Below are positions 38,004-52,021 of a DNA stretch of 64,000 nt, one piece after another. The notes under the pieces were generated by a model. It was not told the DNA's origin. It did no database searches and was given only the letters and a program-made list of their open reading frames with translations. The stretch is taken from NCBI GenBank assembly GCA_012295275.1, contig CM022673.1:1984001-2048000 (forward strand). The letters are read 5' to 3'. The stretch is from Chrysomallon squamiferum. Lineage: Eukaryota > Animalia > Mollusca. The position numbers were made by a program, and so were the translations under genes. The number at the start of each line of letters is the position of its first letter. The first letter of the stretch is position 1.

Positions 38004-38957
38004 CTGAAAGTTAAACAAACACAATGTCTTATTTTATCATCATGAAAAATCTGGACTTTAAAATATCTTCAGCATTTATTTCTTTTTGCTTTTGGGTTCT
38101 TATTGTTTTTAGTTAATGTTCTTTTTTTTTTTTTTTTGTAGATTTTTTTATTGTTTATTTTAATTTATTTTTATTTTTATTTATTAATATTATTTTATTT
38201 TATAATTATTTTTTTTATGTAAATTGTAGACATTATTAAACTTAATAAAATATTATTTTTTGAAATCATTTAGTATATTATGAATAACCTGCTGTCAATT
38301 ATTAAAATACAAATGTAATCAAATTAAATTTTCTGACTAAAAAATAAAACTGACAGCAAAAAAAAAAAATAATAATAATGTAAAAATAAATAATAATAAT
38401 AATAATAATAATAAACAAATCAATAAATAACTAGCCATTTTACACTATTTTGTCTGAAAACTAGCTTACATGATATATAATCCAAATCCATTTTCTTTTA
38501 ATGAAGTACCAATTTCAAACAAGCTTTTAGAATTCAGAAACATTAATCTATTAGTATGACACATTTTAAAATTACACAATTTAGAATCCCAAATCATTTT
38601 CAGCTAATTAAATACCTATAAAACTGTTTACTATGGAAACACCTGATATCTGAAACTGATATAACCTGTAGTTTGGAACAACAAGGATGTTTTACTTAAA
38701 TATGTGGCTGAAAATCTAGCTAGCTTCTATATCCATTTTCAACATAACATATTAGAAAACGTGACAGCACAATGCTTTTAGGTTTGATCTTTATTGCAAG
38801 GACAAAGTAATGCTGTCAATAAACTCCCAGTAATTCAGCATAAATTCCTGGTTTAAGTAATTGGATTTAGTGACTAATACTACAGATGAATCAATATTGC
38901 AGATTGAAAACAATCAAATAAAAAAATCAAAACAAAATCAGAGTACTGTTTTATTAC

Positions 38958-39056
38958 CTGCTCTGCAATGTAAAATGTTCTGCTTTTAGTCTTTGGATGG
39001 TACCAGTAACATCTGAATCTTTCCCCAATGATTGGATTGTACGGCTTTTTGAGACC
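38958..39056 (-). CDS. OSBPL8: ORP8 ORD exon (GLKKPYNPIIGERFRCYW...FYIAEQ)
   Basis: 99 nt, phase 0-0, KPYNP motif. Confidence 0.96.
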
Positions 39057-39649
39057 CTGAATTGATAAAAATAAACATTAAAAAAAAGAAAATAAATTAA
39101 TAAAAAAAAAGAAAAAAAAGTAAAAATATAAATAAATATATATTAATTTCTTTATTTATTTCTGTTACTGTTTGTATCAATACTCGTTAATAACAAGGAA
39201 AAATAAAAATAAAGCTTGATTTATATGTACAGTTTAATTTATTCCTTAATCGGAAATCCTGAGGAACAGACAATAAAAAGTCTGTATAGTTGATTTGTAT
39301 GAAATATATTCAATATAAATTAAGCTAAATACATGTACATAATGATTAATGCAATGCTTTTAAGTAAAGAAAAAACTTTTCAAAGCTTTTCAGATGTTAG
39401 ATTATTGATTTGTTGTCCTCTAGCATCACTAATTTAACACTCTGCCGATATAACCATGTTTGTTTATTTTGGTGTATTTCTACATTCTAATTCACTTGAT
39501 TTATGTTGTCAACATGGGAAAGAACTGTTTTTAGTTCACATAAATAAGATTTTTTTGGTTTGTTTTACACTAGATTACAAGACACATTTTGTTTGAACTC
39601 TTTTTCTGCTTGTTGTCACTATTTAAAATGTGTAATTTCAAAAATTCAC

Positions 39650-39731
39650 CTTCGGTTTCTTGTAAAATCCAGACAGATACCATCGGACAACATCTTTCAA
39701 CCTGGAATATGGGTCCTCATGCAGAACAGCT
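39650..39731 (-). CDS. OSBPL8: ORP8 ORD exon (E-AVLHEDPYSRLKDVVRWYLSGFYKKPK)
   Basis: 82 nt, phase 2-0. Confidence 0.95.
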
Positions 39732-40260
39732 CTGAAAACAAAATGTTCATCAAGTCAAATTAAGAGGCAAATTTTACCTTTCTTGTCTAACAACAATTAA
39801 GTAAATTAAGATTTGTTAATGAAATTTTCTGACTGAACAACGCTGAAAATCTCAAATACTGAGGAAAGAGGTGATTTTAAAAGGAAAAGTGAAACTCAAG
39901 TTAGATGTCATCTTTTACATAATTATTGCATAAACCTGCTACTGACATTTTATGGGTTACTCTTACTTATCAGATGTTTTATACACACCATCCCACAGAA
40001 AGTTAAGAACATAACAAAACTGTTGATAAACCAGTAAGGAACAGTAGTTGGAATGGAAATCAATCCAACAGGCATGCTAAGGAGAACTGATTTGGTGACC
40101 TGCTTTTATCTTTAACTATCACCTGTAATTATTACAAATTGAAAATACTTTCATTTTTAAAAAAAATGTATTATTATTACTACAAGTAGAGGATACTTTA
40201 TTATTTTTTTTAAATTTATTATTATTATTATTATTAATATGACAAATGGGAAACACTTAC

Positions 40261-40373
40261 TCTGACAGAATGTCAGCATGGTAGTAGTAGTCAGATAACT
40301 TGTCAAGGAAAGATCTTGGTTCTAAAATAAATGTGGGAAGCACAACTTTGGACAAATCCATGCCTGGACGAAC
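40261..40373 (-). CDS. OSBPL8: ORP8 ORD exon ([38 protein letters not shown])
   Basis: 113 nt, phase 0-2, highly conserved ORD lid region. Confidence 0.96.
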
Positions 40374-40926
40374 CTACAAAACAAACAAACAGTTTGAGTA
40401 AAAAGTAAACATCGAATATGAGTCATTTAAAATTAGACTGTTTTAACTTTGCAAAGTAGTATTTTTCACTATTGTTTTAATCAGGCCCTATTTGTTAATT
40501 TTCATGGCTTGTATTTAATTACTTATAAAATCTCCATCTTTGCACTAAAGAAGTTAATTTTAAAATGTTTCTGTTATAAAACTATGTATACATGTTTTGA
40601 AATACACACAGTGAAATTAAAATATTTAGAAAGTTTATAATGTTACATTGTTTAAATTTGTAAAGTCATGATTCAAATTTTTATTTTAATCTTTTTAATT
40701 CTGTTACATTTAAAAAAAAAAAAATAATAAAATAAGTAAATAAATAAATAAATGTAAAGAAATTAAATTGTTACACTAGTAAAAACTTTAATTCAACTTT
40801 TATTTTTCAATCTTTTCAAATCCATCCTATGTGTGTGTATGTGTGTGTATGCGTGTGTGCATAAAATAAATATCTGTCCTGTGTACAATAATGTGTTTGT
40901 AGTCAGTTACTAAAGATAAGATTTAC

Positions 40927-40998
40927 CTGTTTTACAAGAGTCCAAATAAGACTTTTATTTTCATCATCCACCTCTTCAGTTTGACAAGAATCTCCCTG
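40927..40998 (-). CDS. OSBPL8: ORP8 exon (QGDSCQTEEVDDENKSLIWTLVKQ)
   Basis: 72 nt, phase 0-0; CAGCAG tandem acceptor allows an alternative start at 40995. Confidence 0.93.
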
Positions 40999-41681
40999 CT
41001 GAAATTAACCCACACATTATAATCTGTTACTACAATCATCTTTCAACACTGATTATGTATTACAACTATTACTGGAACTGATATATTATAGTGTGTGTTA
41101 TTATTACTTCAGTATCTTACAGTGTATGACTGAATACTGATGAAGTTGATAATAATATAATTATATACATATATGTAATATATGTTAAAATTCTTAAATC
41201 AAGATTACACATAAATACAGACACACACACACACATTATATATATATATATATATGTAACTGATGTCTTCAGAATCCAGTACAACTACTACTGCTGTGAC
41301 TAACACTGAAACTACTAATTAATAAATATCTGTATTTGATAATTGCATAATTATCTGTTTTCGTTAAATATCTAGCCAAAAGATAATGATTTTTTGTAGT
41401 CATGAAATGAAACTTGCAGTAAACCACAAATACTTTCTTACAGACTGGAAAATACATTTAACAACCCTTCATACACTTATTATATTACTGAACATTAAAG
41501 CATTAAAAAAAAAGGATCAGTCTTTCAATTTGTAATGTCAAAGATGAAATTTCTTTCTACACCTCAACACTATACAACCGTGTACAAATTGATTTATACG
41601 TGGCAAAAAGTTTATTTTCTATATCACCCCAATTTCCTGTCGCTTCAGTGGCTCTGAAAAGGCGAGTGTAAAACAGCTCAC

Positions 41682-41836
41682 CTGACCCAGCTCCTCAGTT
41701 TCGTTCTCTCTGTACACGGTTTCCTCGGGTAGAATGTTTTCATTGAACGTGATCCTCCTGTAGTCAAATTCGTCAGACTGACTCGAGTCAGTGTCACTGA
41801 GAGCATTTTCTTTGTCAGTTTTGTCTTCATCGAGAC
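41682..41836 (-). CDS. OSBPL8: ORP8 acidic linker exon (G-LDEDKTDKE...ETEELGQ)
   Basis: 155 nt, phase 1-0, gttgcag/gtgagc. Confidence 0.9.
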
Positions 41837-43054
41837 CTGCAACACGTTCATTGTAAAAGTAATAAAACTCGAGTAAATTTAATAACTTCTTTATTAAAAT
41901 GTTCATTAAAAAAAACAAAAAAAACAAAAACAAACAAACAAACAAACAAAAAAAAAAGAATAGAAAGATTAAGAAAAAGAAAAAGAAAAAGAAAAAATAG
42001 AAAGAAGAAGAAATAAATTTGAAATTGTCAATACTTGGATAGACTTTTTGTTGTTGTTGTCGTTTTAGCTGTTCTAATAAACTTCATGAAATAAATTAAA
42101 AAATTAAATAATAAAAAAATTAAAAATAAATAAAATAAAATGTTAGAATAAAACCAATAAATGCACTTGTTAAATTTATACAAGTGTAAATGTTTTAATA
42201 TCAGTTGTCAGGAAAATAAGATTCTATTATGAAAGGTTTTTTTTGTTGTTGTATTTATTATTAGTTTTTTTTTAGTATTCATAATGACCATTTATTCTGC
42301 AGCTGTAGCCTATTTTCTTTTTTCTGACTTTATAAATATTAAAATCAATATCCACTGTTATCAAATAGCATTTCTGCAGTCTGACAACATATTAAATGTA
42401 AGTACTAAATGTAAAACTAAGTTATGATTGATTAATTGTCTAAAACCACATAAATTATTTCTGGTAGGAGATCACCTAAAGGATTTTCTTCCTAATATAA
42501 TTAATAATTTAAAAAAATAGCTGATCTTTCCATGTTTCTGTATATTTTTTTATGTTGTTTATAATCAATAATAGTTTTAATTCAGAAGACTGGTAATTAA
42601 AATATAACATTAAATGAGGTGATACATCTTGTATGATTATTAAAATATATTATAATAGATGACAGTGAAAGTGTGATTGATAAACAGACTTTATAAATCA
42701 CACATTAACTCAACTACATACTTACTTATATTCAGACGTATATTTAAATCTCAAATAAATAAATACATAGATGATAGAAACATTTTGATTTGCTATTGTC
42801 ATTCAAAATTAATACCATCAATAATCTGGATAGCAAGATTATGCATTTCATTACCAAATGGTGTAGCAATCTAACATGTGTAAATATATAAACATACATT
42901 AAAATATTTCTAACACACACACACATAAATTAAATAAGAATGTACAAAAATGCAGACATATCCACAGACTCAGACACATACACATACACATGCATACACA
43001 CAGTAACACAAACACATACACACACACACACACACACAGACAATGCCAACTGAC

Positions 43055-43225
43055 CTTGACCCTCAAAGTGTTTCTCCAGGTCACTCTCGTCCAGGTGGTC
43101 AGCATTTGTCTGGAAGGTCTGTGTCATGTCGCTGATAGCACTCAGGTCTTTGTCCTTTGTCATAGTTCTCATCAGAAGACTTGTACATCTCAGAGCCAGT
43201 TCCAGTGCATCCATCCAGCATTTGC
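43055..43225 (-). CDS. OSBPL8: ORP8 exon, end of PH domain (G-KCWMDALELALRC...EKHFEGQ-G)
   Basis: 171 nt, symmetric phase 1-1, tttacag/gtcagt. Confidence 0.95.
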
Positions 43226-43650
43226 CTGTAAAACAATAACAAAATAAAAAACTAAAATTTATTAACCTACCAGATGTTGTATAAGTTGCATTTATTATTC
43301 CTGTCATGTATTTGGAGGGGAGGAGAAATTTTTTATTTTATTTTAATTTTCAAAATATATCTGACGTTTCCAAACCTTTTATAATTTTAAACTTTAACTG
43401 GAAATAATCGTAAGAATAATAATGATATTAAGCATTTTATTAATTTTTAGCTACAACAACGCTTGACTGGGTTCAGTAAGGAAACAATAAAAAAATCTAA
43501 ATATTGATAGTTCTTTCTGAATTTACTTAAAGTTTCTGTTTATCTAAAACAGAATCTGTGTAGTAATACAGGTTCCAGACATTTAACTGGCATCAAGATA
43601 ACTGGAGTTAACACAAATCCAGCTACTTCTAAAATTGGCTACAGTTGTAC

Positions 43651-43735
43651 CTGCACTTTCTGAGGGAGCTCTAAAGATGAGGTAATTGTAAGGTAAGGGT
43701 TGAACAAAAGCACCAATGGTCTCCCCTTTTGGGCC
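43651..43735 (-). CDS. OSBPL8: ORP8 PH domain exon (GPKGETIGAFVQPLPYNYLIFRAPSESA-G)
   Basis: 85 nt, phase 0-1. Confidence 0.93.
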
Positions 43736-43770
43736 CTGAAATAATACAAAATTTTAATATATTATTTAGA

Positions 43771-43827
<57 letters not shown>

Positions 43828-43844
43828 CAGTGTTATAAGAAAGG

Positions 43845-44040
43845 AAATTTACTACTCTTACTGAAAGGGATCATTTAGCAAATAGTGATCATAAACATAC
43901 ATATTACTATAGTTTTAAAAGCATACATCATTAAACAAATTATATAATATTGGTTTCAGAATGGAGAATTCCTTCAAGAGGGCACCAAGCAGGATTGATC
44001 CAGTGACTAGACGCACCTCATGCAAGTACCATAGCCTCAC
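43845..44040 (-). mobile_element. Possible decayed SINE fragment (antisense tRNA-like head)
   Basis: ctactctt...aagggatc and caccaagcaggattgatcc..gac...cgcacc resemble, from memory, the reverse strand of the same SINE type; heavily diverged. Confidence 0.3.
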
Positions 44041-46067
44041 TGAACATTATTAACTAAACCATTGTCGTTGGTAAAGTACTGAACATAAAACGGTGTGGAA
44101 ATGTCTGTGCCAGTATCAGTAACACTGTACAGAGAAACCACCACTTGCTATAACTCACAAGTAAATGTCAGAGATCAGTTATCTTAAATCAGTCCCCCTG
44201 TGTGAACAGTTTCCTGTCTGGGTATTATTATGTCTACCGAAAGTTAGCTCCATATTAACAGCTGTGGCCTAACGCATGCACGTCTGTGTCAAATAAGAAA
44301 AATGCTCTTGTGATTTTACGCAGTAAGACTTGAAGTTGTGTGCTTTGTGGAAAGTTGAGCAAGGGAATGGTCTAATTAGTATACCTGCTATGAGAATCGA
44401 TATCATAACTTTTTTTTTTAAAATTATTTTCTTTTTATTTCTTCTGGGTGTTGAGATTATTTATTTTGTTAATACATTTACTTCAGACAAAGCTGTACAT
44501 GTTGTCAATACCACTGACTTGTCTATAGTTCAGTGTTTAAAGTATGTTTCTAAGTTGTGTCTGCTTTTTCAAGTTTTTGATTAATTTTTTTTTCTGTTTT
44601 TTTTTATGTGGTTCTTCAACAGTCAATGCACAGCTAAGTGTCTAGTAAAAGTTACTGTACATGTTTTTTAATTCAACCACCAGAGTGGTTTTCATATGAA
44701 CAGAGTGTTTAATAACAGTCATTGTATTATTATTTCTGGGAATAATCTTTGCTTCTACAGAAAGTACTCCATGAAGTATCAGTCATTTATCTGGTTATTT
44801 CTTTAACTGCCAACACATTAAAACAGATTTAAATATTTATGATATAACTGCAGTTTATGACATGGATCAGTGATATTCTTTATGTTATGCAAACCAATGT
44901 CTCTTTGGTAACACAGAGAATGTTTTCAACTGTTAAAAACCACAATTCAGTCTCTTTCTGTTCACTTCTCCAGCTAAAATATTTTGTCATTAACAGAAAC
45001 TGTATTTAAAACAAATAAAACTGTACTGACATCATCTGAAAATGTATTTAAAAAACAACATGAAACAGTTTTTAAAATAAACTAAATGACTGTCATCAGT
45101 GCTTAAAATAAACTTCATCACTGACACTGTATCTGATACTCATACTTAATCTAGAGAAAACCTATTTAATCGTTGTCTGTGAACAAGAGAAAAGTCTTAA
45201 CATGACAAATGAACTCAGGCTGAACTAACAATTACTCAGAAGAAACTGATACTAATTATGATACCAATGTGATGACAAGAGAAAGCTGGCAGTCTTTAAT
45301 AATGAACCTGCAATCAGACAACCCATCTGATAGTTAGCAGACCCTGGGATGTAATTTGTGTGAATAGATTGCTAATCTGGGTAAATATATTACTGTAACA
45401 ATAGTCAGAATCAATACACCTGCTGCTTTCATGAATCAGCTACATTTATGTGCATCAGAAAATGATGACGTTTAATATTACACAACTGTTAGCTATGGAA
45501 ATTTAATATTCAGAAGAATAGACACTATGGAAATTTGCTAGTGATAGAAGATCAATGCTGTGAAAAATTTGATATGGCAGAATTACTGCTATGGAAATGT
45601 TGGCTTAGACGATTAAGCTGTTATTCTAGTAACAGAATGTTATTCACATTTATGTAAAACTACAGACTAAACTCAATCTATGTATGTAGATGGCTAATCA
45701 ATGACTATTCAGAATGTGAACCATTAAAGAAGTGATTCGGTGAATGCTAAGATGAAAAGATTTCTTTCATATATGTATAAAATTATTTTATTATTATTAT
45801 TATCATTATTATTTTATTTATTTTTTTAGGTAAAAGTCATATATGAATAAACTAATATATATATATATTGGGGGAGAGAGAGAGAGAGAAAATGATATAG
45901 CCTATATATAGATAGATAGATAGATAGGTAGATATAGATATTGATAGCTATAGTTTTTCAATAGATTAAAAAAGTATTCAAGTATCTAAAAATGTATTTC
46001 TGAATGCTACATATCCCAGTGAAACATTGACCACTGTACAGGTAAAACAAGAAAATCTGCAGCTTAC

Positions 46068-46190
46068 TTTGGTGGCCCAGATGGACTGGTCAAGTGGGTG
46101 AAACAACTTGAAGCAGAAGCCATCTTTCTTGGATGGTCTTTCTATCAGCTGACAGGTATTGAGAAGAACTGTTCCAACCCAGTGGCTGCT
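46068..46190 (-). CDS. OSBPL8: ORP8 PH domain exon (SSHWVGTVLLN...DQSIWATK)
   Basis: 123 nt, phase 0-0, tttacag/gtaagc. Confidence 0.95.
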
Positions 46191-46213
46191 CTGTAAATAA
46201 ATAAGTAAACAAA

Positions 46214-46268
<55 letters not shown>

Positions 46269-46795
46269 AACAAAATAAATAAATAAGTAAATAAGCCAGT
46301 AAATAAAATAAATAAATAATGTCAATAATGCAGTGTATAAATTGTGGGAGTAATGATTTGTAATTGCTGGTTTGACATTTTGGTGCTGTATCATTAAACT
46401 TTCTTTTCTTTCTAACCAACTCACTAACACACTAACAATGACAGCTTACACAGGTTTTGGGGTTGTAGGCCCATGAGAGATTTGCATGAACCTTCATTGA
46501 AGGTAATCACATCTGAAACAGTTTTTTGAATGAAGGAGAGGAACAAACTGAAATATCAGTATTCTTATTATTTATTATTTTATTCATTTATTATATTTTA
46601 TTGTGAATACAGTAAATGAAAAAGGTGACAAATCATGCAGTATTTTCAAATGAGAAATATACTGTCCATAATGAATTTCACTGTCTGTAGGATAACACAC
46701 AGTGAATGTGAAGTGAACAATCCTTAATCATGCACTTGACAAATTATAATTTTATTTTTTAAAGTTCAGCTTTTCAACAGTTGCACACTTATACT

Positions 46796-46828
<33 letters not shown>

Positions 46829-48103
46829 ACAAATTCTTTAGTATAAACAAACAAATGCTGAAGCACACAACTTAGTTCTAAACCACAACATTAAATGAGT
46901 GAAGACATTTTATTTTGAAAAACAAACAGGGTATACATAACAACCATCAATGTATATTTTATTCACATACACATATGCACATAATACAACATTTAGCCTC
47001 TTTTTCTTTTTTTCTCTTCTTATTTTTATTTATTTAATTATTTATTTTTTAATGTATATTACATCACATAACCAATTACATAAATATCATAACCTGCTGT
47101 TTTAAAATTAAAGTAATATATCACAAAATCTCTTTTCTCTATGTCCTTATGTGTGACACGCCAGACAAACCTAAACTGTCACTTAGTTCAAATAAACACA
47201 ATCAAAGAGGCCTGGAGAAGCTGAGGTCTGGGAAAAACAACAGATAAGGGTAATGAACTGAAGCCAGCTTTATGCTGACAAAGATGTATCAGTTGTACAT
47301 AAATCAATAAGTCGGTTATTTCATAAACAAAAATTTCCACACAGACAGATGAGAAAAATGTCCACACGAGCTGAACAGTATAATTTCTTTAGTGACAATC
47401 TGGGTCCACGTCCACAACATGAGCTGAACAAAACGGTTTCTTCCACAACAGTTCCAAGGGCACTTCTCTCATTAGCAGACTAATTAAATTAAGACACATA
47501 TGACAAATCTGTCTCCAAATTATCACTGGCATGATAATTATTCATTACTTCACGCCATTAAGACCACTAATGGTTGCTGGACATTTATCTGTTTAATGTA
47601 GAGGACGGTGCTAAAGAGGAATATTTTCTTACTGGTTGTTGGTTATAAAACTGATACTGACAAATATAGTAAAAGCAGATCAAAGAATGCAGAATTTTAA
47701 ATTATTACTTTTGTGTGTTTGTTTTTAAGGTTTTATAATTTTAACAGATAATATACTGTTTTAATATGATAACTGCAGCATAAAAGATGTTTAACAGTTC
47801 ATTAAAAACAAATTTTATTATCTGAATTACATTCTTATGTGTCTCAACCAAGCTACAGTTCGTTCACACACACACACACACACAGCGATATATATATTCC
47901 CATATTTTTGTTTTATTAGTAATTTGATGACAGTTGTATGCTATCCATTAAAATTATAAATTAATAATGAACCAAGAACACATAAATATCTGATTCTGTT
48001 TATTTGTTTTTATTGGTTTAAATATATATATATATATCTAATTTTTCTTCTTCTGAAAAACAGTAAATATATCATCAGCATTTGAGATGTGGATTTCTCT
48101 TAC

Positions 48104-48292
48104 CTTTTGTTTTTCACTCTTGTAAAGGACAAGAAGTCCTGGTTTGAGCACACACCAAAGTTTTGTCCAGCTTTTCAGCGATCCCCTCACTTTGAGCCAG
48201 TCAGCTAGCACTATGACAGATGGGTCCTTCAGTGTGCTCAGCAGTTCCCGGGCTGCTTGTTTCTTCTGACTTCTGTAGCTTTTCTTCAGTGC
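48104..48292 (-). CDS. OSBPL8: ORP8 exon, polybasic region + start of PH domain (ALKKSYRSQKK...KPGLLVLYKSEKQK)
   Basis: 189 nt, phase 0-0, conserved PH motifs. Confidence 0.95.
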
Positions 48293-48558
48293 CTTGAAAT
48301 AAAACTAATAATACTAATACTAATACTAATAATACTAATAATCATAAATATAACAGTTATTATAGTAGTAGTAGAAGTAAAAATATGAATTAAACAATGA
48401 TGACCCTGAGCTTTCAAAGTTGAAACACGTACAACAAACGATTATATGAAGTAAAGTTTATTTTGTCTGACAACATTGTCACTATTCCTGCTGTAATATT
48501 TCCAATTCCGGCAACAGCTCCAGGATAGGCTTACACACAAAAACACATTCAAAAAATA

Positions 48559-48690
48559 AAATAAAGATCCTAGCTGTTATTTGATAAAAGAAGCCCATAT
48601 AGGATTGTCAGGTTTCTTTTCTTTTGTCTTTATAGAAGAAACATTACGGCATCTATTATCGATTAAGTAATGAAATGTGTTGACATAAAA
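48559..48690 (+). mobile_element. Possible decayed tRNA-derived SINE central domain + tail
   Basis: taaagatcctagctgttatttgataaaagaagcccatat...ggtttc...aaatgtgttga resembles, from memory, the taaaagatcccttgctgctaatcg.aaagagtagcccatg...gggtttc domain of mollusc SINEs; not verified by search. Confidence 0.4.
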
Positions 48691-49547
48691 AATGTCATTT
48701 TTTGTGTGTCTGTTTCCCTTGATATTCATTCACACAAACATGACAATAACATTCTGAATAACCTTTTGGAAAAACAACACTTGTTGAAAATCAAGCCTGC
48801 TTCTAAACACAGGAACTGTCATTGTGACATGTCAAGTGACTAAAATTATAGACTACACTAACTACTTTTGTTTTCTCCTTGACCTTATATTGTTTGTCTG
48901 TTATAAACTATATTACAGAATGTAAGACAATATTTGATATTCCACACCATGTGGTCCTGTGGGAAATTACAAAATGGTCTATAAATTGACTGAGGAGTTG
49001 ATAATTTTTGTTTTCTACTCATATTTCCCCACAAATGACACATAAAAAGCAGTTAATATCTGTCTTATTGCACAGTTCTCACAGAATACAGGCTAAAACA
49101 GAATAAATCATTAAATGTGTAAAAAAATAATAATAATAAATAAATAAATAAATAAATTATATAAACAGCTAATTAACCAAATTAATCTGTATTTTAAATT
49201 ATTAATAAATGCATAATTAAGCTTTCCAAAAAAGCATAAAATTATTCCATTAAATTTCATTGATATATATCTAAAAAAAAAAAATCAAAAATTTTAATTT
49301 TAATAAATAAATAAAAATAGTTTCAAGCTCAGATATTTAAAAAGTTTTGCATTATTTTGTTAATATAGACTGCATAACAATTTTCTCAAGTTTAATAACC
49401 ATGACAGTTAACAATACTGTTTAATAAAATAAAACCTCCACTACATACTGTAATGTTCCAGACAAGAATTGTGGTGGTTTTTGCTTCTTTCAAAAAGAAT
49501 AAATAGAAATAATGTACTTATCACAGATGAGGACAAGGACTCAAAAC

Positions 49548-49548
<1 letters not shown>

Positions 49549-49603
<55 letters not shown>

Positions 49604-49622
49604 ACATTATATAACTATCAAA

Positions 49623-49661
<39 letters not shown>
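49549..49661. repeat. Two adjacent (CA)n microsatellites
   Basis: Perfect runs. Confidence 0.95.
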
Positions 49662-49666
<5 letters not shown>

Positions 49667-49700
49667 ACACTAAACACCAACAAGCAAAATATAAAAATCG

Positions 49701-49811
49701 AATGACTACAACAAGTAACTAATACATGGTACCAGCCAAAGACAGTAATTAGAGCTGGTAACTGAGGAGCATGTTTCTCCATTACTGTACTAACCAAGCA
49801 CTCACTGCAAC
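49701..49811. repeat. Dispersed 110-bp element, copy A (paired with 53997-54103)
   Basis: 27-nt identical block aatgactacaacaagtaactaatacat plus collinear conserved blocks to ccaagcactca.tgcaac. Confidence 0.8.
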
Positions 49812-49856
49812 GTCTTAAAAATATACACAACTAATCTCTGTATGTTAACAGCTTAC

Positions 49857-49952
49857 TTTGAGAGATTCCCTTTTAGACATCTTGGTGGAAGGACACCCAC
49901 TATCACAAGGCAGATTTTTTTCAGATGATGGTGTGTACAGTCGACTTTCAGA
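49857..49952 (-). CDS. OSBPL8: ORP8 exon (SESRLYTPSSEK...KMSKRESLK)
   Basis: 96 nt, phase 0-0; resembles the SESKLY...KKESLK segment of ORP8. Confidence 0.9.
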
Positions 49953-51929
49953 CTGTAAAAAAAGAATGCAACGATTATCTATTTAATTACAGTAGTTATC
50001 ATTATTATGACAACTGACAGATATGTTAGTAACTGAATATTTATATTTATCACTTGCTTTTAATTTTTCTGATATAACATTTAATTGCTATTAAAATAAA
50101 GTAATTACAACAACTGATAGAGATATATTATTAGTGCATGAATATTAATGTTTACTTGCATCATCTGTTTTTCTGATAAATTATTTAATCCCTTAGCGAA
50201 AACAAATAATAATGCATTATGGAATTGGATTTAAGATTAACTATATATGATATTTATATAGTTTTTGCATTGTTGTAATACCATGCATACTGCCTCAGCT
50301 AAAGGTCAAAATATCAGAATTAGTTTTAAATTCTTTACACAGACACACACACACGCACAATGTATCTAACATATATCAGTATTATTTTGTAAACAAACCT
50401 TCAGACCTTCAGAATTTATTGGAAAATAAAATCATCAATCCTGTCGGTCACTACTATTCGTTTACATGGAAATACTGTTAAATGGATGGCAACAGGTGTT
50501 TCTATGTTCATTTGTGTGCGTCTGTACCGTACACATTCAACTATCAGTTAAATACTTTTTTGACAAATAAAATAATCATTTCCATTAATTTTTTATCTGA
50601 CTTTTTGTTATCTAGTTTCTGCAGAAAATTCTGTATTAAGTTACTCTATTTCTAATTATTATTTATATTATCATTTGGCTGTATTAAATTATTTCATTAG
50701 AAAAAAAATAATAATAAAGAAAAGAAACAACAACCAAAAACAGATATTTTGTATGCAAAATCAAATGGTACATATACATTTGCATGATTCAAACACATAG
50801 ACTCATATGAACACATACACACCCATGCACATGCACACTCACACATAGACAATATTTAGATACCTGATCTCTGATCAAGGATTTTTTTATAGGATTTATG
50901 GTAATATGTTTCATTAAAATAGAAATGTATGGCCTATATATTTGACCTCATTTAACAAAACAAATCATATATGTAAATTATTCAGAACTAACTGACTGGG
51001 GTTATCTGAAAAGGAGTACTTTCAACTTTATTAAGAATTATTTGATACAAAACATTTAGAAAAACTCTGCATGCAGACATGATTTTTTTTTTCTGTTTGT
51101 TCTTGTGTTGTTTTTGTTTTTATTTTTTTCAGGCAGCACTAGGTTTGTTGGGGTTTTTTGTATTTATTTATTTTTTTATTTATTTTTTTGATATTTTAAA
51201 TTAATTTTCAAAGGAACTGGATAAAAATCTCATAAACTAAAATAAGATAAAATAAGATGAAATGAAATGAAATAATTAATAAATAAACAAAGTAAAAATA
51301 AATACAAGTAAAAAAAAGTTTTTAAAAAAGAAAAACATATTCTTAAGCACACCTGGACTTAAAAAATATGCTCAACTTTAAATATAAATGTCTTCTTTCT
51401 AATTTTATAATGGAATATAATGTACAGAACTGGGGTACATATAAGAATAAAGATCTTTATAATCAAAACCACTAATCTGTTTAAATCTATCAAAATTATT
51501 TATTTATTTAACTTTTATTTTTATTTTTTGTCCATTTTCATTTTTAATCCATATCAACATACAACCGTTCGTATGCATTATCCTGATGTGCATGCATGTG
51601 TGTATATGTATCTATTCATGTTGAGCTTGTGTACACATATACAGTTTTTCTGGCATGTTTGTCAGCATATTTGTCAAAGAATGTAAAAGGATGTGGAACA
51701 TACACATAATGTGATTACACACTATCTGTAGATGTATATTTAATCAAATTAATGGATCTATCAAAGTCATCAATCGATAGAATAACTCTCCTATCTTTCT
51801 GTCACCTTTAATTAAATTTATTTAATAACATTTATCTTCATTCAGACATGGTGGGAACATGGTTAGGTCAGTCCTAAATAAAACAAGTGTGCAGACAATG
51901 GCAGGATAAAAGATAAAATATTTGCTTAC

Positions 51930-52021
51930 ATGTGCCCTTGGATGTGAAGCAATTTCCACATGTAAAGGACTACTAGGTGATGTGGTGGCATCAGTTTCCT
52001 TGACTTCTCCATCAAAGTGAC
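51930..52021 (-). CDS. OSBPL8: ORP8 exon (G-HFDGEVKETDATTSPSSPLHVEIASHPRAH)
   Basis: cattgcag acceptor with long pyrimidine tract, gtaagc donor, 92 nt, phase 1 to 0, open frame. Confidence 0.75.

Noticed and set aside
45095-45122. C/D-box-like GTGATGA...CTGA on the minus strand
   Set aside because: The boxes are only about 15 nt apart, with no terminal D box at snoRNA distance and no recognisable guide sequence.
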